Below the pieces are notes generated by a model, which was given only the letters and a program-made list of their open reading frames with translations, was not told where the DNA came from and did no database searches. DNA of 64,000 bases, taken from NCBI GenBank assembly GCA_040954595.2, contig CM082592.2:12065696-12129695 (forward strand). The letters are read 5' to 3'. The position numbers were made by a program, and so were the translations under genes. This DNA is from Balanoglossus misakiensis. Lineage: Eukaryota > Animalia > Hemichordata. Shown here one piece after another: positions 52,901 through 64,000 of this stretch (within the stretch, counting starts at the first letter, position 1; every line of letters starts with the position of its first letter).

Positions 52901-54070
52901 GTTTCACAGTTCCAAAGACATAAACTACTATGCCATTTATGTCTATAGAACTGGGACTACTCTCTGCATTGGCCGTGTCACCATGAGAAAGTGGGTCACT
53001 CTCGGATAAGCAGGACACGTTGTGTATGCCAACAGGTTCTTGTAACATTGCTTGGAGGCGGTCGCAGGTTGAACCATATAGCTGCTCGAACTTTCGCCTG
53101 GTAATTGCATGTTGGTACGGAAAACCAATACTGCATCTTGTCGAGCCGTAGTGGTGGTATAGAACGCTAATTCAAGTAATTTTACGAGAATCTGTGTGAA
53201 TCCCGGGGTGCGGTATACGAACTACACTTCGCCAGTGATCCCAATTAATGTTCATGACGAAAGTTTCTGTACCAAAATATTACCTTAAGCTTGTTTCAAT
53301 GTATTGAGAGCAGATGCTGTCTAAATATTTTCCACATAACTCGACTGAGTGAAAGGCTAAAATTTACACGCGTCGACCATTGAAAAGAGCCGAATGAGAG
53401 GTGCCTGGGAGATTATGAGGGTGGTGGGTTCTATCAACTGTTCATATTTCTTTAGCTTTCCAAGAAACTAGAAAACTAGGACGGGTTATGTCATATAGAT
53501 ATTGACTTTTGTTTTTGATAAATTCCACGACCATACTCGTGAACCCAAATAAATGATGTTCGAACGGCTACTACTAATAAATCAAGGAACTTGACTACTT
53601 TCACTGTTTATCAGGAATAAGTTTTGTCAGACCATTTAGATTAGACCTCTTGTTTGTGACATTAAGTTGAGACATTATGTACCATGTACTTGAAAACATG
53701 TTTTACATGTGACTTTTCAATAATCTAAACTAAAAAATGGCATCTCTTCAATTTTCCCGGCGTCGTCGCATAAAGTACTTAGTATTACCAAAATTTCAAT
53801 TATTGTAGTAAAATTAAATCTTGGCACTTGTAGATTGCGCTTACAAAGAAGTTGAAATTTTTCCATCCAATGAAAAAGACATTATTTTCATTTTATAAGA
53901 AAGTGCCAATATGTATTAATAGTCAGTCTCAGACTACAAACCAGACACATTTTGATCAAATTTCTACAGATTCAACACCTGTCAGGATCGTCTACAGTTT
54001 GATTAGACTGGTCGAATTTAGACGTAAAAAAGTTGATAATACTAATCGAAATGTAAAATTATGAGCCAGG

Positions 54071-54138
54071 TGAATGAATGAATGAATGAATGAATGAATG
54101 AATGAATGAATGAATGAATGAATGAATGAATGAATGAA
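54071..54138. repeat. (GAAT)n microsatellite at the satellite junction
   Basis: About 17 perfect tgaa units, ending ~75 bp before the first satellite monomer. Confidence 0.97.
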
Positions 54139-54213
54139 TATGCATCAGGGTTTGGTTGCATCTGCTCGACTATAACCCACTTACCCCTCTTGGTTATCAT
54201 TATTTCACATTTT

Positions 54214-57200
54214 CATGGGTTATAGCTCATGAAAATCATCAAAAATAATTGAAAACTTTTCCATTTTGCAAAATCGTCATTTTTTCACATATCATGGGTT
54301 ATAGCTCATGAAAATCGTCGAAAATGACGATTTTCGGACTTTGCGAATTTTCAAAATTTGGTCATTTTTTGAAAAAATCATGGGTTATAGCTCAGGAAAA
54401 TCGTCAAAAATCGACGATTTTTCGACTTTGCGAATTTTGAAAATTTGGTCATTTTTTGAAAAAAATCATGGGTTATAGCTCAGGAAAATCGTCAAAAATC
54501 GACGATTTTTCGACTTTGCGAATTTTGAAAATTTGGTCATTTTTTGAAAAAATCATGGGTTATAGCTCAGGAAAATCGTCAAAAATCGAAGATTTTTCGA
54601 CTTTGCGAATTTTGAAAATTTGGTCATTTTTTGAAAAAATCATGGGTTATAGCTCAGGAAAATCGTCAAAAATCGACGATTTTTCGACTTTGCGAATTTT
54701 GAAAATTTGGTCATTTTTTGAAAAAATCATGGGTTATAGCTCAGGAAAATCGTCAAAAATCGACGATTTTTCGACTTTGCGAATTTTGAAAATTTGGTCA
54801 TTTTTTGAAAAAATCATGGGTTATAGCTCAGGAAAATCGTCAAAAATCGACGATTTTTCGACTTTGCGAATTTTGAAAATTTGGTCATTTTTTGAAAAAA
54901 TCATGGGTTATAGCTCAGGAAAATGTTGAAAAATCGACGATTTTTCGACTTTGCGAATTTTGAAAATTTGGTCATTTTTTGAAAAAATCATGGGTTATAG
55001 CTCAGGAAAATCGTCAAAAATCGACGATTTTTCGACTTTGCGAATTTTGAAAATTTGGTCATTTTTTGAAAAAATCATGGGTTATAGGTCAGGAAAATCG
55101 TCAAAAATCGACGATTTTTCGACTTTGCGAATTTTGAAAATTTGGTCATTTTTTGAAAAAATCATGGGTTATAGCTCAGGAAAATCGTCAAAAATCGACG
55201 ATTTTTCGACTTTGCGAATTTTGAAAATTTGGTCATTTTTTGAAAAAATCATGGGTTATAGCTCAGGAAAATCGTCAAAAATCGACGATTTTTCGACTTT
55301 GCGAATTTTGAAAATTTGGTCATTTTTTGAAAAAATCATGGGTTATAGCTCAGGAAAATCGTCAAAAATCGACGATTTTTTCGACTTTGCGAATTTTGAA
55401 AATTTGGTCATTTTTTGAAAAAATCATGGGTTATAGCTCAGGAAAATCGTCAAAAATCGACGATTTTTCGACTTTGCGAATTTTGAAAATTTGGTCATTT
55501 TTTGAAAAAATCATGGGTTATAGCTCAGGAAAATGTTGAAAAATCGACGATTTTTCGACTTTGCGAATTTTGAAAATTTGGTCATTTTTTGAAAAAATCA
55601 TGGGTTATAGCTCAGGAAAATGTTGAAAAATCGACGATTTTTCGACTTTGCGAATTTTGAAAATTTGGTCATTTTTTGAAAAAATCATGGGTTATAGCTC
55701 AGGAAAATCGTCAAAAATCGACGATTTTTCGACTTTGCGAATTTTGAAAATTTGGTCATTTTTTGAAAAAATCATGGGTTATAGCTCAGGAAAATCGTCA
55801 AAAATCGACGATTTTTCGACTTTGCGAATTTTGAAAATTTGGTCATTTTTTGAAAAAATCATGGGTTATAGCTCAGGAAAATCGTCAAAAATCGACGATT
55901 TTTCGACTTTGCGAATTTTGAAAATTTGGTCATTTTTTGAAAAAATCATGGGTTATAGCTCAGGAAAATGTTGAAAAATCGACGATTTTTCGACTTTGCG
56001 AATTTTGAAAATTTGGTCATTTTTTGAAAAAATCATGGGTTATAGCTCAGGAAAATCGTCAAAAATCGACGATTTTTCGACTTTGCGAATTTTGAAAATT
56101 TGGTCATTTTTTGAAAAAATCATGGGTTATAGCTCAGGAAAATGTTGAAAAATCGACGATTTTTCGACTTTGCGAATTTTGAAAATTTGGTCATTTTTTG
56201 AAAAAATCATGGGTTATAGCTCAGGAAAATCGTCAAAAATCGACGATTTTTCGACTTTGCGAATTTTGAAAATTTGGTCATTTTTTGAAAAAATCATGGG
56301 TTATAGCTCAGGAAAATGTTGAAAAATCGACGATTTTTCGACTTTGCGAATTTTGAAAATTTGGTCATTTTTTGAAAAAATCATGGGTTATAGCTCAGGA
56401 AAATCGTCAAAAATCGACGATTTTTCGACTTTGCGAATTTTGAAAATTTGGTCATTTTTTGAAAAAATCATGGGTTATAGCTCAGGAAAATGTTGAAAAA
56501 TCGACGATTTTTCGACTTTGCGAATTTTGAAAATTTGGTCATTTTTTGAAAAAATCATGGGTTATAGCTCAGGAAAATGTTGAAAAATCGACGATTTTTC
56601 GCTTTTGCGAATTTTGAAAATTTGGTCATTTTTTGAAAAAATCATGGGTTATAGCTCAGGAAAATGTTGAAAAATCGACGATTTTTCTTGCGAATTTTGA
56701 AAATTTGGTCATTTTTTGAAAAAATCATGGGTTATAGCTCAGGAAAATCGTCAAAAATCGACGATTTTTCGACTTTGCGAATTTTGAAAATTTGGTCATT
56801 TTTTGAAAAAATCATGGGTTATAGCTCAGGAAAATGTTGAAAAATCGACGATTTTTCGACTTTGCGAATTTTGAAAATTTGGTCATTTTTTGAAAAAATC
56901 ATGGGTTATAGCTCAGGAAAATCGTCAAAAATCGACGATTTTTCGACTTTGCGAATTTTGAAAATTTGGTCATTTTTTGAAAAAATCATGGGTTATAGCT
57001 CAGGAAAATGTTGAAAAATCGACGATTTTTCGACTTTGCGAATTTTGAAAATTTGGTCATTTTTTGAAAAAATCATGGGTTATAGCTCAGGAAAATCGTC
57101 AAAAATCGACGATTTTTCGACTTTGCGAATTTTGAAAATTTGGTCATTTTTTGAAAAAATCATGGGTTATAGCTCAGGAAAATCGTCAAAAATCGACGAT

Positions 57201-60200
57201 TTTTCGACTTTGCGAATTTTGAAAATTTGGTCATTTTTTGAAAAAATCATGGGTTATAGCTCAGGAAAATCGTCAAAAATCGACGATTTTTCGACTTTGC
57301 GAATTTTGAAAATTTGGTCATTTTTTGAAAAAATCATGGGTTATAGCTCAGGAAAATGTTGAAAAATCGACGATTTTTCGACTTTGCGAATTTTGAAAAT
57401 TTGGTCATTTTTTGAAAAAATCATGGGTTATAGCTCAGGAAAATCGTCAAAAATCGACGATTTTTCGACTTTGCGAATTTTGAAAATTTGGTCATTTTTT
57501 GAAAAAATCATGGGTTATAGCTCAGGAAAATCGTCAAAAATCGACGATTTTTCGACTTTGCGAATTTTGAAAATTTGGTCATTTTTTGAAAAAATCATGG
57601 GTTATAGCTCAGGAAAATGTTGAAAAATCGACGATTTTTCGACTTTGCGAATTTTGAAAATTTGGTCATTTTTTGAAAAAATCATGGGTTATAGCTCAGG
57701 AAAATGTTGAAAAATCGACGATTTTTCGACTTTGCGAATTTTGAAAATTTGGTCATTTTTTGAAAAAATCATGGGTTATAGCTCAGGAAAATCGTCAAAA
57801 ATCGACGATTTTTCGACTTCGCGAATTTTGAAAATTTGGTCATTTTTTGAAAAAATCATGGGTTATAGCTCAGGAAAATGTTGAAAAATCGACGATTTTT
57901 CGACTTTGCGAATTTTGAAAATTTGGTCATTTTTTGAAAAAAATCATGGGTTATAGCTCAGGAAAATCGTCAAAAATCGACGATTTTTCGACTTTGCGAA
58001 TTTTGAAAATTTGGTCATTTTTTGAAAAAATCATGGGTTATAGCTCAGGAAAATCGTCAAAAATCGACGATTTTTCGACTTTGCGAATTTTGAAAATTTG
58101 GTAATTTTTTGAAAAAATCATGGGTTATAGCTCAGGAAAATGTTGAAAAATCGACGATTTTTCGACTTTGCGAATTTTGAAAATTTGGTCATTTTTGAAA
58201 AAATCATGGGTTATAGCTCAGGAAAATGTTGAAAAATCGACGATTTTTCGACTTTGCGAATTTTGAAAATTTGGTCATTTTTTGAAAAAATCATGGGTTA
58301 TAGCTCAGGAAAATCGTCAAAAATCGACGATTTTTCGACTTTGCGAATTTTGAAAATTTGGTCATTTTTTGAAAAAATCATGGGTTATAGCTCAGGAAAA
58401 TGTTCAAAAATCGACGATTTTTCGACTTTGCGAATTTTGAAAATTTGGTCATTTTTTGAAAAAATCATGGGTTATAGCTCAGGAAAATGTTGAAAAATCG
58501 ACGATTTTTCGACTTTGCGAATTTTGAAAATTTGGTCATTTTTTGAAAAAATCATGGGTTATAGCTCAGGAAAATGTTGAAAAATCGACGATTTTTCGGC
58601 TTTGCGAATTTTGAAAATTTGGTCATTTTTTGAAAAAATCATGGGTTATAGCTCAGGAAAATCGTCAAAAATCGACGATTTTTCGACTTTGCGAATTTTG
58701 AAAATTTGGTCATTTTTTGAAAAAATCATGGGTTATAGCTCAGGAAAATCGTCAAAAATCGACGATTTTTCGACTTTGCGAATTTTGAAAATTTGGTCAT
58801 TTTTTGAAAAAATCATGGGTTATAGCTCAGGAAAATGTTCAAAAATCGACGATTTTTCGACTTTGCGAATTTTGAAAATTTGGTCATTTTTTGAAAAAAT
58901 CATGGGTTATAGCTCAGGAAAATGTTGAAAAATCGACGATTTTTCGACTTTGCGAATTTTGAAAATTTGGTCATTTTTTGAAAAAATCATGGGTTATAGC
59001 TCAGGAAAATGTTGAAAAATCGACGATTTTTCGGCTTTGCGAATTTTGAAAATTTGGTCATTTTTTGAAAAAATCATGGGTTATAGCTCAGGAAAATCGT
59101 CAAAAATCGACGATTTTTCGACTTTGCGAATTTTGAAAATTTGGTCATTTTTTGAAAAAATCATGGGTTATAGCTCAGGAAAATCGTCAAAAATCGACGA
59201 TTTTTCGACTTTGCGAATTTTGAAAATTTGGTCATTTTTTGAAAAAATCATGGGTTATAGCTCAGGAAATCGTCAAAAATCGACGAATTTTCGACTTTGC
59301 GAATTTTGAAAATTTGGTCATTTTTTGAAAAAATCATGGGTTATAGCTCAGGAAAATCGTCAAAAATCGACGATTTTTCGACTTTGCGAATTTTGAAAAT
59401 TTGGTCATTTTTTGAAAAAATCATGGGTTATAGCTCAGGAAAATCGTCAAAAATCGACGATTTTTCGACTTTGCGAATTTTGAAAATTTGGTCATTTTTT
59501 GAAAAAATCATGGGTTATAGCTCAGGAAAATGTTGAAAAATCGACGATTTTTCGACTTTGCGAATTTTGAAAATTTGGTCATTTTTTGAAAAAATCATGG
59601 GTTATAGCTCAGGAAAATGTTGAAAAATCGACGATTTTTCGACTTTGCGAATTTTGAAAATTTGGTCATTTTTTGAAAAAATCATGGGTTATAGCTCAGG
59701 AAAATGTTGAAAAATCGACGATTTTTCGACTTTGCGAATTTTGAAAATTTGGTCATTTTTTGAAAAAATCATGGGTTATAGCTCAGGAAAATCGTCAAAA
59801 ATCGACGATTTTTCGACTTTGCGAATTTTGAAAATTTGGTCATTTTTTGAAAAAATCATGGGTTATAGCTCAGGAAAATCGTCAAAAATCGACGATTTTT
59901 CGACTTTGCGAATTTTGAAAATTTGGTCATTTTTTGAAAAAATCATGGGTTATAGCTCAGGAAAATCGTCAAAAATCGACGATTTTTCGACTTTGCGAAT
60001 TTTGAAAATTTGGTCATTTTTTGAAAAAATCATGGGTTATAGCTCAGGAAAATGTTGAAAAATCGACGATTTTTCGACTTTGCGAATTTTGAAAATTTGG
60101 TCATTTTTTGAAAAAATCATGGGTTATAGCTCAGGAAAATGTTGAAAAATCGACGATTTTTCGACTTTGCGAATTTTGAAAATTTGGTCATTTTTTGAAA

Positions 60201-63200
60201 AAATCATGGGTTATAGCTCAGGAAAATGTTCAAAAATCGACGATTTTCGACTTTGCGAATTTTGAAAATTTGGTCATTTTTTGAAAAAATCATGGGTTAT
60301 AGCTCAGGAAAATCGTCAAAAATCGACGATTTTTCGACTTTGCGAATTTTGAAAATTTGGTCATTTTTTGAAAAAATCATGGGTTATAGCTCAGGAAAAT
60401 GTTGAAAATCGACGATTTTTCGACTTGCGAATTTTGAAAATTTGGTCATTTTTTGAAAAAATCCTGGGTTATAGCTCAGGAAAATCGTCAAAAATCGACG
60501 ATTTTTCGACTTTGCGAATTTTGAAAATTTGGTCATTTTTTGAAAAAATCATGGGTTATAGCTCAGGAAAATCGTCAAAAATCGACGATTTTTCGACTTT
60601 GCGAATTTTGAAAATTTGGTCATTTTTTGAAAAAATCATGGGTTATAGCTCAGGAAAATCGTCAAAAATCGACGATTTTTCGACTTTGCGAATTTTGAAA
60701 ATTTGGTCATTTTTTTGAAAAAATCATGGGTTATAGCTCAGGAAAATCGTCAAAATCGACGATTTTTCGACTTTGCGAATTTTGAAAATTTGGTCATTTT
60801 TTGAAAAAATCATGGGTTATAGCTCAGGAAAATCGTCAAAAATCGACGATTTTTCGACTTTGCGAATTTTGAAAATTTGGTCATTTTTTGAAAAAATCAT
60901 GGGTTATAGCTCAGGAAAATGTTGAAAAATCGACGATTTTTCGACTTTGCGAATTTTGAAAATTTGGTCATTTTTTGAAAAAATCATGGGTTATAGCTCA
61001 GGAAAATCGTCAAAAATCGACGATTTTTCGACTTTGCGAATTTTGAAAATTTGGTCATTTTTTGAAAAAATCATGGGTTATAGCTCAGGAAAATGTTGAA
61101 AAATCGACGATTTTTCGACTTTGCGAATTTTGAAAATTTGGTCATTTTTTGAAAAAATCATGGGTTATAGCTCAGGAAAATCGTCAAAAATCGACGATTT
61201 TTCGACTTTGCGAATTTTGAAAATTTGGTCATTTTTTGAAAAAATCATGGGTTATAGCTCAGGAAAATCGTCAAAAATCGACGATTTTTCGACTTTGCGA
61301 ATTTTGAAAATTTGGTCATTTTTTGAAAAAATCATGGGTTATAGCTCAGGAAAATGTTCAAAAATCGACGATTTTTCGACTTTGCGAATTTTGAAATTTG
61401 GTCATTTTTTGAAAAAATCATGGGTTATAGCTCAGGAAAATGTTCAAAAATCGACGATTTTTCGACTTTGCGAATTTTGAAAATTTGGTCATTTTTGAAA
61501 AAATCATGGGTTATAGCTCAGGAAAATCGTCAAAAATCGACGATTTTTCGACTTTGCGAATTTTGAAAATTTGGTCATTTTTTGAAAAAATCATGGGTTA
61601 TAGCTCAGGAAAATGTTGAAAAATCGACGATTTTTCGACTTTGCGAATTTTGAAAATTTGGTCATTTTTTGAAAAAATCATGGGTTATAGCTCAGGAAAA
61701 TCGTCAAAAATCGACGATTTTTCGACTTTGCGAATTTTGAAAATTTGGTCATTTTTTGAAAAAATCATGGGTTATAGCTCAGGAAAATCGTCAAAAATCG
61801 ACGATTTTTCGACTTTGCGAATTTTGAAAATTTGGTCATTTTTTGAAAAAATCATGGGTTATAGCTCAGGAAAATCGTCAAAAATCGACGATTTTTCGAC
61901 TTTGCGAATTTTGAAAATTTGGTCATTTTTTGAAAAAATCATGGGTTATAGCTCAGGAAAATCGTCAAAAATCGACGATTTTTCGACTTTGCGAATTTTG
62001 AAAATTTGGTCATTTTTTGAAAAAATCATGGGTTATAGCTCAGGAAAATCTTGAAAAATCGACGATTTTTCGACTTTGCGAATTTTGAAAATTTGGTCAT
62101 TTTTTGAAAAAATCATGGGTTATAGCTCAGGAAAATCGTCAAAAATCGACGATTTTTCGACTTTGCGAATTTTGAAAATTTGGTCATTTTTTGAAAAAAT
62201 CATGGGTTATAGCTCAGGAAAATCGTCAAAAATCGACGATTTTTCGACTTTGCGAATTTTGAAAATTTGGTCATTTTTTGAAAAAATCATGGGTTATAGC
62301 TCAGGAAAATCGTCAAAAATCGACGATTTTTCGACTTTGCGAATTTTGAAAATTTGGTCATTTTTTGAAAAAATCATGGGTTATAGCTCAGGAAAATCGT
62401 CAAAAATCGACGATTTTTCGACTTTGCGAATTTTGAAAATTTGGTCATTTTTTGAAAAAATCATGGGTTATAGCTCAGGAAAATCGTCAAAAATCGACGA
62501 TTTTTCGACTTTGCGAATTTTGAAAATTTGGTCATTTTTTGAAAAAATCATGGGTTATAGCTCAGGAAAATCGTCAAAAATCGACGATTTTTCGACTTTG
62601 CGAATTTTGAAAATTTGGTCATTTTTTGAAAAAATCATGGGTTATAGCTCAGGAAAATCGTCAAAAATCGACGATTTTTCGACTTTGCGAATTTTGAAAA
62701 TTTGGTCATTTTTTGAAAAAATCATGGGTTATAGCTCAGGAAAATGTCAAAATCGACGATTTTTCGACTTTGCGAATTTTGAAAATTTGGTCATTTTTTG
62801 AAAAAATCATGGGTTATAGCTCAGGAAAATGTTAAAAATCGACGATTTTTCGACTTTGCGAATTTTGAAAATTTGGTCATTTTTTGAAAAAATCATGGGT
62901 TATAGCTCAGGAAAATGTTGAAAAATCGACGATTTTTCGACTTTGCGAATTTTGAAAATTTGGTCATTTTTTGAAAAAATCATGGGTTATAGCTCAGGAA
63001 AATGTTCAAAAATCGACGATTTTTCGACTTTGCGAATTTTGAAAATTTGGTCATTTTTTGAAAAAATCATGGGTTATAGCTCAGGAAAATCGTCAAAAAT
63101 CGACGATTTTTCGACTTTGCGAATTTTGAAAATTTGGTCATTTTTTGAAAAAATCATGGGTTATAGCTCAGGAAAATCGTCAAAAATCGACGATTTTTCG

Positions 63201-64000
63201 ACTTTGCGAATTTTGAAAATTTGGTCATTTTTTGAAAAAATCATGGGTTATAGCTCAGGAAAATCGTCAAAAATCGACGATTTTTCGACTTTGCGAATTT
63301 TGAAAATTTGGTCATTTTTTGAAAAAATCATGGGTTATAGCTCAGGAAAATGTTCAAAAATCGACGATTTTTCGACTTTGCGAATTTTGAAAATTTGGTC
63401 ATTTTTTGAAAAAATCATGGGTTATAGCTCAGGAAAATCGTCAAAAATCGACGATTTTTCGACTTTGCGAATTTTGAAAATTTGGTCATTTTTTGAAAAA
63501 ATCATGGGTTATAGCTCAGGAAAATCGTCAAAAATCGACGATTTTTCGACTTTGCGAATTTTGAAAATTTGGTCATTTTTTGAAAAATCATGGGTTATAG
63601 CTCAGGAAAATCGTCAAAAATCGACGATTTTTCGACTTTGCGAATTTTGAAAATTTGGTCATTTTTTGAAAAAATCATGGGTTATAGCTCCAGGAAAATC
63701 GTCAAAAATCGACGATTTTTCGACTTTGCAGAATTTTGAAAATTTGGTCATTTTTTGAAAAATCATGGGTTATAGCTCAGGAAAATCGTCAAAATCGACG
63801 ATTTTTCGACTTTGCGAATTTTGAAAATTTGGTCATTTTTTGAAAAAATCATGGGTTATAGCTCAGAAATCGTCAAAATCGACGATTTTTAGACTTTGCA
63901 CTCTCACGAGATGTGGTCTCTCTATTTGGGTCATTTTTTGAAAATCATGGGTTAAGCTCCGGAAAATCGTTCCAAAAATCGACGATTTTTCGAACTTTGC
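54214..64000. repeat. 87-bp tandem satellite DNA array (~112 monomers; runs off the window end)
   Basis: Consensus catgggttatagctcaggaaaatcgtcaaaaatcgacgatttttcgactttgcgaattttgaaaatttggtcattttttgaaaaaat. The period is confirmed by the 29-aa repeat in the ORF track. The main variation is aat-CGTC-a versus aat-GTTG-a, plus homopolymer indels. Confidence 0.98.

Noticed and set aside
42564-53128. Numerous 60-144 aa ORFs between the SDR gene and the satellite
   Set aside because: No recognisable domains and no phase-consistent exon chain were found. Small exons of an unseen gene cannot be ruled out.
54217-54222. GGGTTA telomere-register hexamer in each monomer
   Set aside because: It is a single hexamer with no tandem TTAGGG, so it is insufficient to call the array subtelomeric.
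54456-63650. Many ORFs encoding a 29-aa repeat (MRILKIWSFFEKIMGYSSGKSSKIDDFSTL)
   Set aside because: An artefact of an 87-bp (multiple of 3) satellite. Variant B introduces TGA and homopolymer indels shift frames freely; there is no splice structure.
54214-64000. CRISPR-like array
   Set aside because: There are no unique spacers, the monomers abut directly, no cas genes are present and the context is eukaryotic.

Overview
Eukaryotic genomic DNA with GT-AG spliceosomal introns. An invertebrate animal, plausibly a non-vertebrate deuterostome, is inferred from gene content and CpG pattern. I reconstructed four spliced genes by hand. (1) The 3' part of a C2H2 zinc-finger gene on + (4 visible exons, 5 fingers, acidic tail; 3250-5803). 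(2) A complete 8-exon EMI-domain collagen of the EMID1/COL26A1 type on - (24131-7041, ~349 aa, 13.8-kb first intron); four of its exons are absent from the ORF track. (3) A 2-exon uncharacterised gene on + (29727-31665, ~367 aa) with an N-terminal coiled coil and a twice-repeated IGTPPxHxxLHxM motif. (4) A 4-exon membrane-anchored RDH11-14/DHRS13-like short-chain dehydrogenase on - (42146-36993, ~337 aa). I could not support a gene in about 42.3-54 kb. From ~54.2 kb to the end lies a ~9.8-kb, highly homogeneous 87-bp tandem satellite (~112 copies). It is built from interrupted palindromes and shows two alternating monomer variants and a local 435-bp higher-order duplication. Its left junction carries a (GAAT)n microsatellite, an inverted copy of the monomer core and degenerate edge monomers. 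No CRISPR, tRNA or rRNA is supported. All family assignments come from motif recognition, not database searches.
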